The notes below the pieces were generated by a model. The model had not been told where the DNA came from, ran no database searches, and saw nothing but the letters and a program-made list of their open reading frames with translations. Positions 11,878 through 24,004 of a stretch of DNA of 34,355 nt are shown in pieces (position 1 is the stretch's first letter; each line of letters begins with the position of its first letter). The stretch is from positions 1 through 34,355 of the forward strand of contig RBNJ01000276.1 in NCBI GenBank assembly GCA_003990765.1. Reading direction: 5' to 3'. The translations under genes and the position numbers were made by a program. This stretch comes from Jimgerdemannia flammicorona. Its lineage: Eukaryota.

Positions 11878-13480
11878 TATAATAGTGACCTCAGAATGAT
11901 GACATCAGCACAAGAGACAGCCTTTCCTCACAAGCTACCAGATTGGAGCACAAGGAGATCATATGGTATACAAGATGAGCAATAATGACCAACTGTGGGT
12001 CATTGTGACCACAGTATGAGTATCTTGAGGAATATAAAAGAAGGATCAAGGAACTACAGTAGCAGCAACCAATAAGACCCACCAATCTCAAAATAGCTCA
12101 AAGACTTACTACAAACAAATACCTGCTGCCCACCAAACCTCAAGGTCAAGGAACCACCAAGGTACCTCAGTAGAAGAAAGGATGTCCTAAGACATCAGAA
12201 GAGCTATGAGGATCTGCTCAAGAAGGACTCCTAGTGTCAACCTGGGTACTGGTGACCCTTATCATTATATCCTCTACCACTATGAAATAGAAACAAGGAT
12301 CACTATTGCCACTGAATGCCTCCAAATATGGCAGGAGTATGAAATAGGAAACCTTCTCTGCTGGGAGTTCCCACAGGCCAGCACTCAAGAGCTACAAGAT
12401 ACCACTCTCATAGATATATGCAAAATGAGGACAGCTAAGAAGATCCATCAGATCTTCAGGCATGCACCATGGTCAATCCCCAACTTGGAGTATGTTAGAG
12501 TCTCAGATTTCAGAGATCTGTCATCCCACCATATTAATGCACTAGAAGCCAGAGTGGCTACAGAAGCCCAGTCCACTATCACTCTCAATAGTGATGAAGT
12601 AGAAGACTTCTGGCATCCTATACAACAGGATAACCCAGACCAATTCCTGCAAGGATTGATCTCAGTATTCCAAGACCCAAGCATCCAGGTTAGACCTCCA
12701 CAAGACCCCAAATTTGTCCTCTATTTTGTGGAAGAGAACCTCATAGACTGGAGAGCTCCAGATCTCCTTGTTCCTGATTTCTCCACTGCCAAATGTGATG
12801 ATGTCATTGGCAATGACATCATCCCACATGACTTCAACATATGTGAAATACATGATGAAGCACACGAAGTATGTGAAACGTATGATCTACATGATGAATT
12901 CATGGACCTCATCTCTTTCAAAGATATCCTGACCTCTGATGATAAGGATGAAGCCCCCATGGTCCTGAACATTCTGCTCTAAGTTCTCTGTTATATTGAA
13001 TAATTCCAGCACCAGCATTCTGAGGTGATGCAGAATTGTTCCAGCACTGGCATTTGATATAACACTGAATAATGCCAGCACTAGTATTCTGATGTGATAC
13101 CAAATTATACCAGCATTCTGAACCTATATAACCATTAGTGCCGACCCTGGAACTTGGCAGTTTTCCTGTCCTGGTATTTTATTTTAGTTATTGGAATTTA
13201 TATTCAGCTTTATATCTTAGCAACCATTGAATTATATTTTGTATAAATACCCCTCTTATTTCCTCTGAAATAAATTCAATTCTATCTGATTCACTTACAC
13301 AATCCCTTGCAAGCAATCTAAGAGATAACAAGACAGTTAAAGATAAGAAGTTTGAGGACTATAAGACCTTGGGAAAGCACTCCAATAAGAACTTGCTTAT
13401 AACAAACTTGAGTTAGTCTAAGAGATACATCTTGAAGAGAATTTGGTGTATTTGAAGGACTCAGTGACCACTATGTGACA
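11878..13480 (+). repeat. 3' LTR of family A copy 1 (about 1.6 kb)
   Basis: Starts TATAATAGTGACC (decayed TGTAACGGTGACC), ends GTGACA, followed by ATAT. Confidence 0.95.
12206..12982 (+). CDS. LTR-encoded accessory protein of unknown function (258 aa, acidic C-terminus; possible alternative start at 12182)
   Basis: Open frame wholly inside the LTR; same frame open at 5106-5678 and in the 6-538 fragment; decayed homologues in both LTRs of copy 2, with the 3' LTR copy ending at the same NILL* stop. Confidence 0.75.
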   Translation: MRICSRRTPSVNLGTGDPYHYILYHYEIETRITIATECLQIWQEYEIGNLLCWEFPQASTQELQDTTLIDICKMRTAKKIHQIFRHAPWSIPNLEYVRVSDFRDLSSHHINALEARVATEAQSTITLNSDEVEDFWHPIQQDNPDQFLQGLISVFQDPSIQVRPPQDPKFVLYFVEENLIDWRAPDLLVPDFSTAKCDDVIGNDIIPHDFNICEIHDEAHEVCETYDLHDEFMDLISFKDILTSDDKDEAPMVLNILL

Positions 13481-13799
13481 ATATCAATAACTTGATAAAT
13501 AATCATCTAAATTTGATGATCTTTATTTCATTTGAAAGCCCTTAATAAGGGCTATCTAATGATACCAAGAACATTGAAATCAGATCATGCATTACTGAGT
13601 TATGAAGGAAAACATATGAATTGCCAATTTTGGAAATTATTCAATTTGCTGATTTTGGAAATTTTGTCATATAGAATGTTTACCTTAATATCTCAGTAAT
13701 GCATAATCTGATTTGTATCATTAGAAAGGGCTTATTACAGGCTTTCAAAGAACACTAAGATTATCAAATTTGGATAATTATTCATTAAGTTATTGATAT
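13481..13799. repeat. AT-rich fold-back palindrome (arms about 125-135 bp), MITE-like
   Basis: ATATCAATAACTT (13481) pairs with AAGTTATTGATAT (13787-13799); AAATCAGATCATGCATTACTGAG pairs with CTCAGTAATGCATAATCTGATTT; TTTGAAAGCC pairs with GGCTTTCAAA. Confidence 0.85.
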
Positions 13800-13855
13800 A
13801 AACATTTAATTATCTAATTTAAAAATCACAACAAAGGTTGATTCAAATCCACCCA

Positions 13856-13907
13856 GATGGGATTTGAATTCCATCAAAGTTGATCTGGATGGGATTCAAA
13901 TTCCATC
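13856..13907. repeat. Two copies of a 20-bp near-palindrome GATGGGATTYRAATTCCATC
   Basis: Copies at 13856-13875 and 13888-13907. Confidence 0.7.
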
Positions 13908-13968
13908 TAAATTGACTCATTTAGAGCACTAATTAGAGTATATTTTATATTCTTTTTTTTTTATATAC

Positions 13969-15576
13969 TGTAATAGTGATCTTAGAATAGTGACATTATT
14001 ACAGGAGACAGCCTTTTCTTATAAGCCACTAGATTGAAATATAAGAAGATCATATGACATAACTCACCCAGGCTATAAGGTGATCAATGATGATAAATTA
14101 TAAGTTATGATAACTACAAGATAGATATCTCAAGAAATATAAGAAGGACCAAGAAACTGTAATAATTTAAACAAGACTCACAAAATCCTAAAATAGTTCA
14201 AAAGACTCACTATAAACAAATATCTGCCACTCACCAAACCTCAAGGTCCAGGAACTACTAAGAATTCTCAGTCTAAGAAAGGATATTCCAAGATATCAAG
14301 AGAGCTATAAGGATCTATACCAGAAGAATTCCTAGTCTTAACCTAGATACTAGTAACTCTTATCACTTTATTCTCTACTACTATAAAATGGAGACAAGGA
14401 TCACTACCACTACTAAATACCTCTGGATATAGTAGAAATATGAAATAGAGAATCTCTTCTGTCAGGAATTCTCTCAGGCCTATCCCCAGAAGATACAAGA
14501 TGCCACCACTATAGATACATATATATGAACTGAGGATAGCCAAAAAGATCCATCAGGTCTTCAGGTATACACCTTGATTAATTCCCAACTTAGAGTATAC
14601 TAGAGTCTCAGACTTCAAGAAATTGTCAGCCCACTGCACAGATGCACTAGAGGCTATAGTGGCCACAGAAGTCCAATCCACCATCACTCTCAAAAGTAAT
14701 GAGGTAGAAGAGTTCTGGAATTCCATCCTCCAGAACAATTCAGATCAATTTCTGCAAGAATTAATCTCAGTATTCTAAGGCCCCAGTATCCAGGTTAGAC
14801 CCCCTCAAGATTCCATCTTTATCTCCTACTAAGTGGAGGAAAATGTTATAGATTAGGGAGCCTCTGATCTCCTTGCTCTCTCTGCTACTACCAAACTTGA
14901 TTATATCATTAGTAATGATATCATCTCACTAATCAATATGTGAAACATATTAAATACTTGAAATAGATAGAACACTTATAGAAATATTCACTGACCTTAT
15001 CTCCTTTAAAGATATTCCAACCTCTAGCCTTAATGATAGTAATAAAGATGAAGTCTCCAGAATTCTGAACATTCTGCTCAAAGTTCTTTATACAACTGTT
15101 GAAATTATTCTGGTATTCTGATCTTATATAACTATCAGAAATTATTTCAGTATTCTGATCTTATATAACCAATTATATAGATACTCAAATTTGTACTTAT
15201 AACTTGAAGTTTTCTATTATCAAATATCTTATTTGGTTATTAAATTTTATATTTAGCTTTATAACTTAGCAACTATTGAATTATATTTTATATAAATACC
15301 CTTCTCATTTCCTTTGAAATAAAGTCAGTATTAAAATACTCAAGTATTTAAGTACTCAACTACTCAAGAACACAACTGTTCCAGTCCTGTACTTAATTCC
15401 AAGTAAGCAAATCCAAGAGACATCAGAATAGTTTAAAGATAAGAAGTTTGAGGACTATAAGATCTAGGGAAGGCACTCTAATAGAACTTGCTTATAAGAA
15501 ACTTATAGTTGGTCTAAGAGATATATCTTAAAGAGAATCTGATATACTTAGAGAACTTAGTACCTACTATGTGACA
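13969..15576 (+). repeat. 5' LTR of family A copy 2
   Basis: TGTAATAGTGAT...CTATGTGACA, followed by ACTTGG. Confidence 0.93.
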
Positions 15577-15697
15577 ACTTGGTTACTATTGACTGGTAAT
15601 ACTATTAGAATCCCTCACTTTCAAGCTAAAAAATGAATAACTACTATAACAACTACCCTGACTACAAGAGTCATCCTCTGCAAGAATTCAAGATAAG

Positions 15698-18600
15698 ATA
15701 GAAATATATCCCTTCATATTCAATGGATTTACTACTGAAGAGTAAATTCTGACCTTCATTAAAAACTTTAAACAATTTGCTACTATACAAGCTCTCAATA
15801 TTGAAGTACAATTAGCCCTTCTATCTATTAGCCTCAGAGGATCTGCCAGAGATAAGTTCAATACAGCCACCATTGCTAACACTAGTATAGCCAAACTCAC
15901 CAACATGAAGAACTTACTCAGAACTACATACTATACTGAAGAGATCAAGCAAGCTCTCAAAGATCAACTTAACACTATCTGCCAAGGACTCAACAAAGAC
16001 TCCAATTCATTCTATACCTGAATCTATCACCATATTGTCTTAACTGACTATGATAATGCCCTCAAGGAACAGATAGCTGATTCAATCTTCCTAAAAGGAG
16101 TCTATTATGAAATTGCCTTAACAATCTGGTCTATTCCAGCTACTTTGACTCTTGATCAGAAAGTGGTCTTATATAGAGATATTGGACTATCAGACATCTC
16201 ACTGAATACTCAATTGAAAGGATAACTGATATCAAGATAGAGCCACCAAAGCCAACCAATATTATACCCACTATAGCTCTCAACAGACAACTATCTCCAC
16301 CTATCCCCAAGATAACTATATACCTTAGTGTTATTGTTAGAGAAGTACAAAGTGCCAACAAGGGACTAGTGCAGAAGTTTGCAGCTACTACTAAGGAATA
16401 TACCATCATATACTTTAAATGTGAATGTGGAGAAGAAGGCCACTATATAAAGAATTATATAACTGAAGCAAGATATAGAGCCCAACCAAGTGATGCTATC
16501 AGAACTAGAGAGCAAACCAATACTGTAGTCATTGAGGAGATTGGTGATACTGATGATGAAGAATACTATGAGGAGTCTGAATTCTACTCTGTTACTGAAG
16601 CTACTAGAACCAGTCTAAGCTCTATGATAAGAAGGACAACAGCAAGCCAGTTAGAAGATCAAAAAAGACCTCAACTATCATTATTCAAAGTAAGACCCAA
16701 CCTGAGGAGATTGATCAAGATATGGAGTTAGATGAAGCTGTCTACCAAATTATTAAATATACTACTTCAGTCTTAGGAGAAAGTGAAAGTAAGAAAGAGC
16801 AGAAGCTATGCAAGACTAAGATCCACTAGTATAATATCTACAAGGATCTCAAGGAATAGAAGATCAATGTTACTTTTAGACAACTATGAAAGTCTCTGCC
16901 TTTAGATAGTAGTTGAGAGCAGGACTTGCAACCACTATTAAGAACCAAGAGTACAAGATCATAGAAGCTCACAATATACAGAAAGATGAACAAGAAGACT
17001 CAGGTGAAGAAGCTGAAGATCAGCACAAGATCTCACTCTATACTTAATATCAGATTGAAAATTATATCTTTGATGTTATCATTGATACTAGTGCTAGAGA
17101 ATACCTTATGAGCAAGAAGGCAATTGACCATCTAGGCTGAGACATTGAAGAATCTACCAAAATAGTCCATGTGACAGCAGATGGTATACAAGCTATCTCT
17201 CTAGATAAGATTCTAGAAGTCCCCATCAAGATTAGAGGAGCTGCTATCTTAGTAGATATGTTTATTATAAGTGCTACCAAATATGACATCCTCATTAGTA
17301 ACCAATGGCTTTATAAGGCCAAGACTATTATTGACCTTAATGTTCACAAGATACAGATTAACTATAGAGGAAGAAATTTACAAGTCTCTATCAATGTCCA
17401 CAAAGAAGTATTACCAGACATGGAGGAAGAAGATGAAGAGAATACAGAAGTCTTCATGTACTCAGTATATAAGAATAAGAGCAAGACAACTAAGCTCACA
17501 TTTGAGTAGTGGTATAATAAGAGCATCAATAGCTATGCCTCACAAGAAAGATGCCCTCATGGTATCTGAATGTACTGCTTTGAACACCTAAATGACTGCT
17601 GGTTCTGTATCAGTGAAGTTAGAAAAATCTATCAACAAAGGCAAAAATAAGAAGCTACTGAAGCAAAAAAGAAAGCCAAAGAAGATGTCCAGCCTCCAGA
17701 GCTTCAAGCTGATAGCAATGATGAGGAGGAATAAGAACCAGACATTACTCTTAAGGTTAAGAAGTTTCACCCTGAAGCCAAGATCTCAGAATACAAGACT
17801 AAAAGAGCTGTAGGAATAAACCTTGCTAACATCCAAGATGTTATCCTCAAACCACAGACCACTACTCTACTTGACACTGAAATTGGAGTCAAGTTACTAG
17901 AGAACCATGCTAAAATTATCAAGACCAGGAGCAGTCTGGCTAAAAGTGAAGTCTCAGTTGAAGGAGAAGTCATTGACTCTGATTACACTAGTGAGATCTT
18001 TCTTATAGTTAGGAATCACAACCCCACCACCCCATTCAAAGTTAAGAAGTATGACAGGATTGGCCAGATATTGATCTATAAAGTCAAGAAGCATAAGATC
18101 ACCCAAGCCATCAAACTCATCAAGACCAAAAGAGAAGAACAAGGCTCTGGATCTACTGAAAGAGGAGCCTATACTACTATCAAGATTACTGAACTTGAGT
18201 ATAAGAAAGACAAGGACCAGAACAAGTATACATATACTATTGGAGAAAATCTTCCCCTAAAAGAATAACTTTTAAAGATTCTATATCAGAATAAAGGAGT
18301 TCTTGCCACAGACTTCAGAGACATCCATAATCAAGAACTCAAGTACTACTATGAAGTTGACACTAGTGATACTAAGCCCATCTACCAGAAAGCCAGACCC
18401 ATAACACCTGCCTACAGAGAATGGCTATAAGCAAAACTCAAGAAAATGGAAGAAGCTAGTATCATCAAGCAAGCTATTAGCCCCTGAGCTTCACTTATTA
18501 TCCTTACCTCAAAAAAAGGAAGCAAGTCTGGAGAGTTTATCTCAAGACTCTATATTGATTACAGGAAGCTTAATGTAATTACCAAGAAGGACAAGCAGCC

Positions 18601-19655
18601 CTTACCAAATATTCAAGAAATTCTTACCACTCTTGGAAGCAAAGCCAAATACTACACTACCTTGGATCTATTCTCAGGCTTCCATCAGATTGATATCACT
18701 CAAGATGCCAGTGAGAAATTAGCCTTTATCACACCTGATACCACCTATGTCTACTTATGAATGCTATTTGGAATATGCAATGCCCAGCAAGTTTTTAGCA
18801 AATGATGAATAGAGTCTTTAGTAATAAAATTGGAAAATGCCTCTTTGTCTATATTAATGATGTGATCATCTTCAGTACTACATGAGAATATATCAATCAT
18901 ATATAGCTAGCCCTCAAGAAGCTCAAGAAGAATGACCTCTATATCAAGTCTAAGAAGTGCAAGTTTATAGCTCAATCTAGGATACATTATCAACCAAACT
19001 GGAATTTATATGGACTCTATGAAGAATGAGGCTATTGTAACCTACCCAAGACTCAGAAGTTCATGCCTTCCTTGGGTGGGCCTCCTACTATAGAAGATTT
19101 ATCAATGGATACTCCAATATTACAGCACCTATCTATGAGCTACTGAAGAAGGAGATTAAATTTGAATGGATCAAAAAACATCAAGAAACCTTCAACAAAC
19201 TCAAAATCAGATTGACCTAAGCACTCATCCTCAGAAGATCAGATTGGAACCTAGAGTTTATTCTGCAGATAAAATCAAGTGCTATAGGACTTAGAGCAGT
19301 GCTAGCTCAGAAGAAAGATAAATATAAATATATCATCTCCTATATAAGCCAAGATACCTATAGAGCAGAATAGAACTATAAGTCATATAAGCTTAAATGC
19401 TTAGCAGTAGTCTAGATAGTAGACAAGTTCCACTACTATCTAGCTGGGAAATACTTCACTATTCAAACAGATCATTCTGCTCTTATCTGGCTATTCCACA
19501 CTCTAAACCCTAAAGAAATATATATCAGATTGATCTACAGACTGTAAGAGTATAACTGTACTATCAAATACTACTCAGGAAGAATCAATGCCAAAACTGA
19601 TATACTTTTAAAGATACCTCAAAATATCCCCATCAAGACTATTCAATATAAATAA
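15698..19655 (+). pseudogene. Gag-PR-dUTPase-RT-RNase H pseudogene, family A copy 2 (dUTPase about 17744-18160)
   Basis: Colinear with 6297-10323: IIDTSA, VIDSDYTSEI, DRIGQIL, DYRKLN, LDLFSGFHQ, YIND; many stops. Confidence 0.9.
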
Positions 19656-20892
19656 GAAGCTATACTATAGATTAATTAGCTACTTTGGGCAGCAGAAGAT
19701 ACTCAATTACCTTGAACTCTGGACTATCACTATTATCAATCAGATATGGAAACAATTCAAACTAAATAATATCATACTTAGAAAAGGAGAAAAGCTCATC
19801 ATACTCAAATATAAGAAGTATCAAGTAATGAAGGAAGTACATGAATAAGAATACTAGGAGAAATCAACATATATAATAAGATAAAAAGAACCATATAGTG
19901 ATCTAAGATAGAAGAAGACCTGTGCCAATTTGTGAAAGAGTATGATAAATATCAAAAATTGAAACAAGATCAGTAAGATCAGATACTCAGGTCATCAAGA
20001 ATTGAACATATCCTCTTCCACCACATCACAATGGACATCATTGGATCACTACCAGTAACTCTATCAGAAAACCACTATATCATAGTTATTGTAGGTCTCT
20101 TTACCAAATAGATAGAAGCAGAAGCATTACAAGAAGCCAATGTACTCTCTATTACTAACTTCCTGTATCAAGAAATCATCTGCTACTACAAGACACCAAG
20201 ACAAATCACTACAGACTGCAGCACAGAATTTATCAACAGATTCTATGAGATAATATATCAGAAATATAAGATTCAGCATATCAAGACTACCATGTATCAC
20301 CTTTAAGGAAATAGACAGATAGAAAGAACCAACAAGACTCTTAAGAACATCCTGGCTAAGATCTCAGATCCATATGAGAATTGGAATAACTATCTCCTAA
20401 CTGTCCTCTCTGTCCTATAAGATATATGCTCACAGAGTATACACTTTACTTTAAGAGAACTGCTCTATAGAGAAGAAGATTCTGATGGAACTCTAGCCAT
20501 AAATCTAGATCTAACTTAGTGATAGATTGACTCAGAAATCTGGAGACTACACCAAATCAGGTAGAAGGCAGAAGATTATATTATCAAGTTTCAAGTACTA
20601 ATAAGAAAGAATACAGAAAAGAATTACAAGACTCTAGAACCTATTCAAATTGAAGAAAAGGTTCTTATATCAAAATATAGTAGAAGTCTCATAGTCACAA
20701 AAACTGGAGCCCAAATGAGAAGAACCCTTCTATATACAAGATATCAAGAGAACTACCTTTGGGCTTAGAAAACTCTCAGAGATCATACTACCTACTATGG
20801 TACACATAAACAGACTTAAGAACTATCATGAACCTATATAAGAGAAGCAAAATATGATGACCACCTGTGAGGTTCTAGTCTGTGAATCATAA
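19648..20892 (+). pseudogene. Integrase ORF pseudogene, family A copy 2
   Basis: Colinear with 10316-11564 and has the same frame offset from RNase H; start codon reads ATA. Confidence 0.85.
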
Positions 20893-21206
20893 CAGCATGT
20901 CTCATGACTAGCAGATAATCTGTCTGGACCATTCTCTAAGAGATATAGTACTAGCAACTACTTATCTATGAGACTTTTGAAACTAGAGGAGTTTGAACTA
21001 TCAACTGATTAATCAAGATTAGAATCAGACTCTTGCTCTATATGAAGAAAGCTACTCTTTATCATTATGCCAAAATATATAAAGAAGATGCCAGTATATA
21101 AAATCCACTTTTCAACCCCCTGCCAGAGATTATGGGATCAGAAAATTTTTCAGACTAGACAAATAAATAAGAATATTTAAGAGAAGATCCTTATTCAGAA
21201 GGAAGA

Positions 21207-22783
21207 TATAATAGTAACCTTAGAATAGTGACATCATTATAGAAGACAGTCTTTCCTTACAAGCCTCCAGATTGGAGCATGAGAAGATCATATAGTATAA
21301 CTCACCCAGGATACAATTTGAGCAATGATGATAAGAAGGACCAAGAAACCACAGTAGCAGCAACTCAAACAAGACTCACAAAATCCTGAAATAGTTCAAA
21401 AAACTCACTATAAATAAATATCTACTACTTGCCAAACCTTAAGGTCCAGGAACCACTAAAGATTTTCAGTCTAATATAGGATTTTCCAAGATATTAAGAG
21501 AGCTATGAGGACTTGTATCAGAAGGATTCCTAGCCTTAACCTGGATACTGGTGACTCTTATCACTTTATTCTCTATCACTGTAAAATGGAGACAAGGATC
21601 ACTACCACTACTGAATACATACCTCTAGATGTGGCAGAGATATAAAATAGAAAACCTTCTCTGCTGAGAATTCTCTCAGGCTAATATCCAGGAGATACAA
21701 GATGCCACCTCTATGGATATATATGAACTGAGGGTAGTCAAAAAGATCTATCAGATCTTCAGACATATACCTTGATCAATCTCTAACTTGGAGTATACCA
21801 GAGTCTCAGACTTTAAGAAATTGTCAGCCTACTATACAGATGCACTAGAGGCCATAGTGGCCACAAAAGTCCAATCTACCATTACTCTCAAAAGTGATAA
21901 GATAGAAGAGTTCTGAAATCCCATCCTTTAGAACAATCCAGATCAATTTCTGCAAGGATTAATCTCAGCATTCTAAGGCTCTAGTATTCAGGTTAGACCT
22001 CCTCAAGATCCCACCTTTATTCCCTACTTTGTAGAGGAAAATATCATAGATTGGAGAGTCCCTGATCTCCTTGCTCTCTCTACTGCTGCTGAATGTAATG
22101 ATATCATTGGCAATGATGTCATCTCACTAATTGATATGTAAAAATATGTGAAACATATGAAATATGTGAAATAGATAGGATGCTTATAGAAATATTTACT
22201 GACCTTATCTCCTTTGAAGATATTCTAACCTCTGATCTTGATAATAGTGATGAAGATAAAGTCTCCAGAATTCTGAACATTCTGCTCTAAGTCTTTATAC
22301 AACTGTTGAAATTATTCTAGTATTCTGATCTTGTATAACTGTTAGAAATTATTCCAGTATTCTTATCTTATACAATTAATTATACAGACACTTGAATTTA
22401 TACTTATAATCTGAAGTTTTCTATATTCAAATATCTTATTTAGTTATTGGATTTTATATTTAGCTTTATAACTTAGCAACTATTGAATTATATTATGTAT
22501 AAATATCCTTCTCATTTCCTTTGAAATAAAGTCAGTATTAAAATCCTTAAGTATTCAAGTATCCAACTACTCAAGTATACAATAGTCCCAGTCCTCTACT
22601 CAATTTCAAGTAAGCAAGTCCAAGAGACAATAGAACAGTTTAAAGATAAGAAGTTTGAGAACTATAAGATCTTAGAAAGGCACTCTAATTGAACTTACTT
22701 ATAAGAAACTTATAGTTGGTCTAAGAGATATATCTTGAAGAGAATCTGATTTACTTGGAGAACTTAGTACCTACTATATAATA
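21207..22783 (+). repeat. 3' LTR of family A copy 2
   Basis: Follows the PPT; terminus GTGACA decayed to ATAATA. Confidence 0.92.
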
Positions 22784-22949
22784 ATACTTATCTTATTGAG
22801 CAGGAGTATTGAGATAACAACTTGATATATAAATATATGATTATATCATTTTATCAGTTTTATATCATTTTTCAATAATATATACAATATATGATCTATA
22901 TAAGTTTAATAAAATAATTTTCTTCGTCTGTTTGTTACAATAGTTACTA

Positions 22950-23870
22950 TGAGAAAGAACTTCTAACAATTATATATATCTTAGATTAGTAGAGATACTA
23001 TCTAGAAAATATTAAGTTTAATATTAATATCTAATTTACTCTATTATATTAAAAACTAAATAAAGCCAAAATCTTCAAACCTTCAACTTAATAATTATTT
23101 ACAAGTCTGATAAGATACTTATAGTACTAGATATCTTATTAAGATACTCAAACCTTGCTAAAATAATATAAGTTATCTTAATACTAGAATTCCTAGACCA
23201 AATCAGACAAGTCTTTAAGATAGATACTATTACTACTAGAGTTTTCTCAAATAAGCTTAAAAATATATACATATTACATTGAGAATAATCTGATTCATCT
23301 TTAAGATAAAGTCTATCTGTTATATAAGTAATATAGAACTTTACTATATGATATTATAAGGATATCATAACTCTCTTAGAAAAATAGTATTTTGTAGTTA
23401 GATATATATATAGTAATCAGTTGGTAACTAAATTTGTATAAAATACTCTAGAGATTTAAGTAAATAAACTCTAGTCTGAAATCTGAGTTAAAAAGTAAAA
23501 GATATATCTATCAAGAATTAATTAATTTAAGAAAAGAATTACAATACTTAGAAGAAAAGTCTACTCAAGAGCTACTATAAGGAATTTGTAAGCTTTCTTC
23601 CTCTGATTTAACTCTGATCTACTTGATAAAACTAAGTTAGAGAGATCTACTATCTATAATATATTTATTGGACTAAGCCTGAAGAATCACCATCAAGTTC
23701 TAAGAAATATACTTTATCTTTTAAGATTATTCTAGAGAATTAACTGAGATAAATAATTGAAAAATTTTGTCATTTTTTGATAAAGTAACTGAGGGCTCAA
23801 ACTAATCTAAATTATTATTCTATCTTATAATATATCTTATTGCATCAGTTTATTATAATAGCTACAAATA
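22950..23870 (+). mobile_element. Old remnant (3' internal region plus LTR) related to family B
   Basis: TTTTGATAAAGTAACTGAGGGCTCAAACTAATCTA (about 23775-23810) matches about 25001-25036; TCTACTCAAGAGCTACTATAAGGAATTTGTAAGCTTT (about 23560) resembles about 24402-24438. Boundaries uncertain. Confidence 0.55.
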
Positions 23871-24004
23871 TAACTCTTACTGAACCTCATAGATTAAAGA
23901 GAATGAGAGCTACTTATTATATTATACTTAAAGTCCTTATAGTAATATATTACTCAAAATTATTAAAAAAGTTAATAATTAATTTATTAGAGATATATAT
24001 ATAT

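Larger units (their letters stand above)
5062..13480 (+). mobile_element. Ty3/Gypsy LTR retrotransposon, family A copy 1 (5' LTR lacks its first about 490 bp)
   Basis: Direct repeats 5062-6176 and 11878-13480; PBS-like TGG after the 5' LTR; PPT before the 3' LTR; domain order gag-PR-dUTPase-RT-RH-INT. Confidence 0.95.
13969..22783 (+). mobile_element. Full-length Ty3/Gypsy LTR retrotransposon, family A copy 2 (about 8.8 kb, more decayed), 4-bp TSD ATAC
   Basis: LTRs 13969-15576 and 21207-22783; ATAC at 13965-13968 and 22784-22787; internal region colinear with copy 1. Confidence 0.95.
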
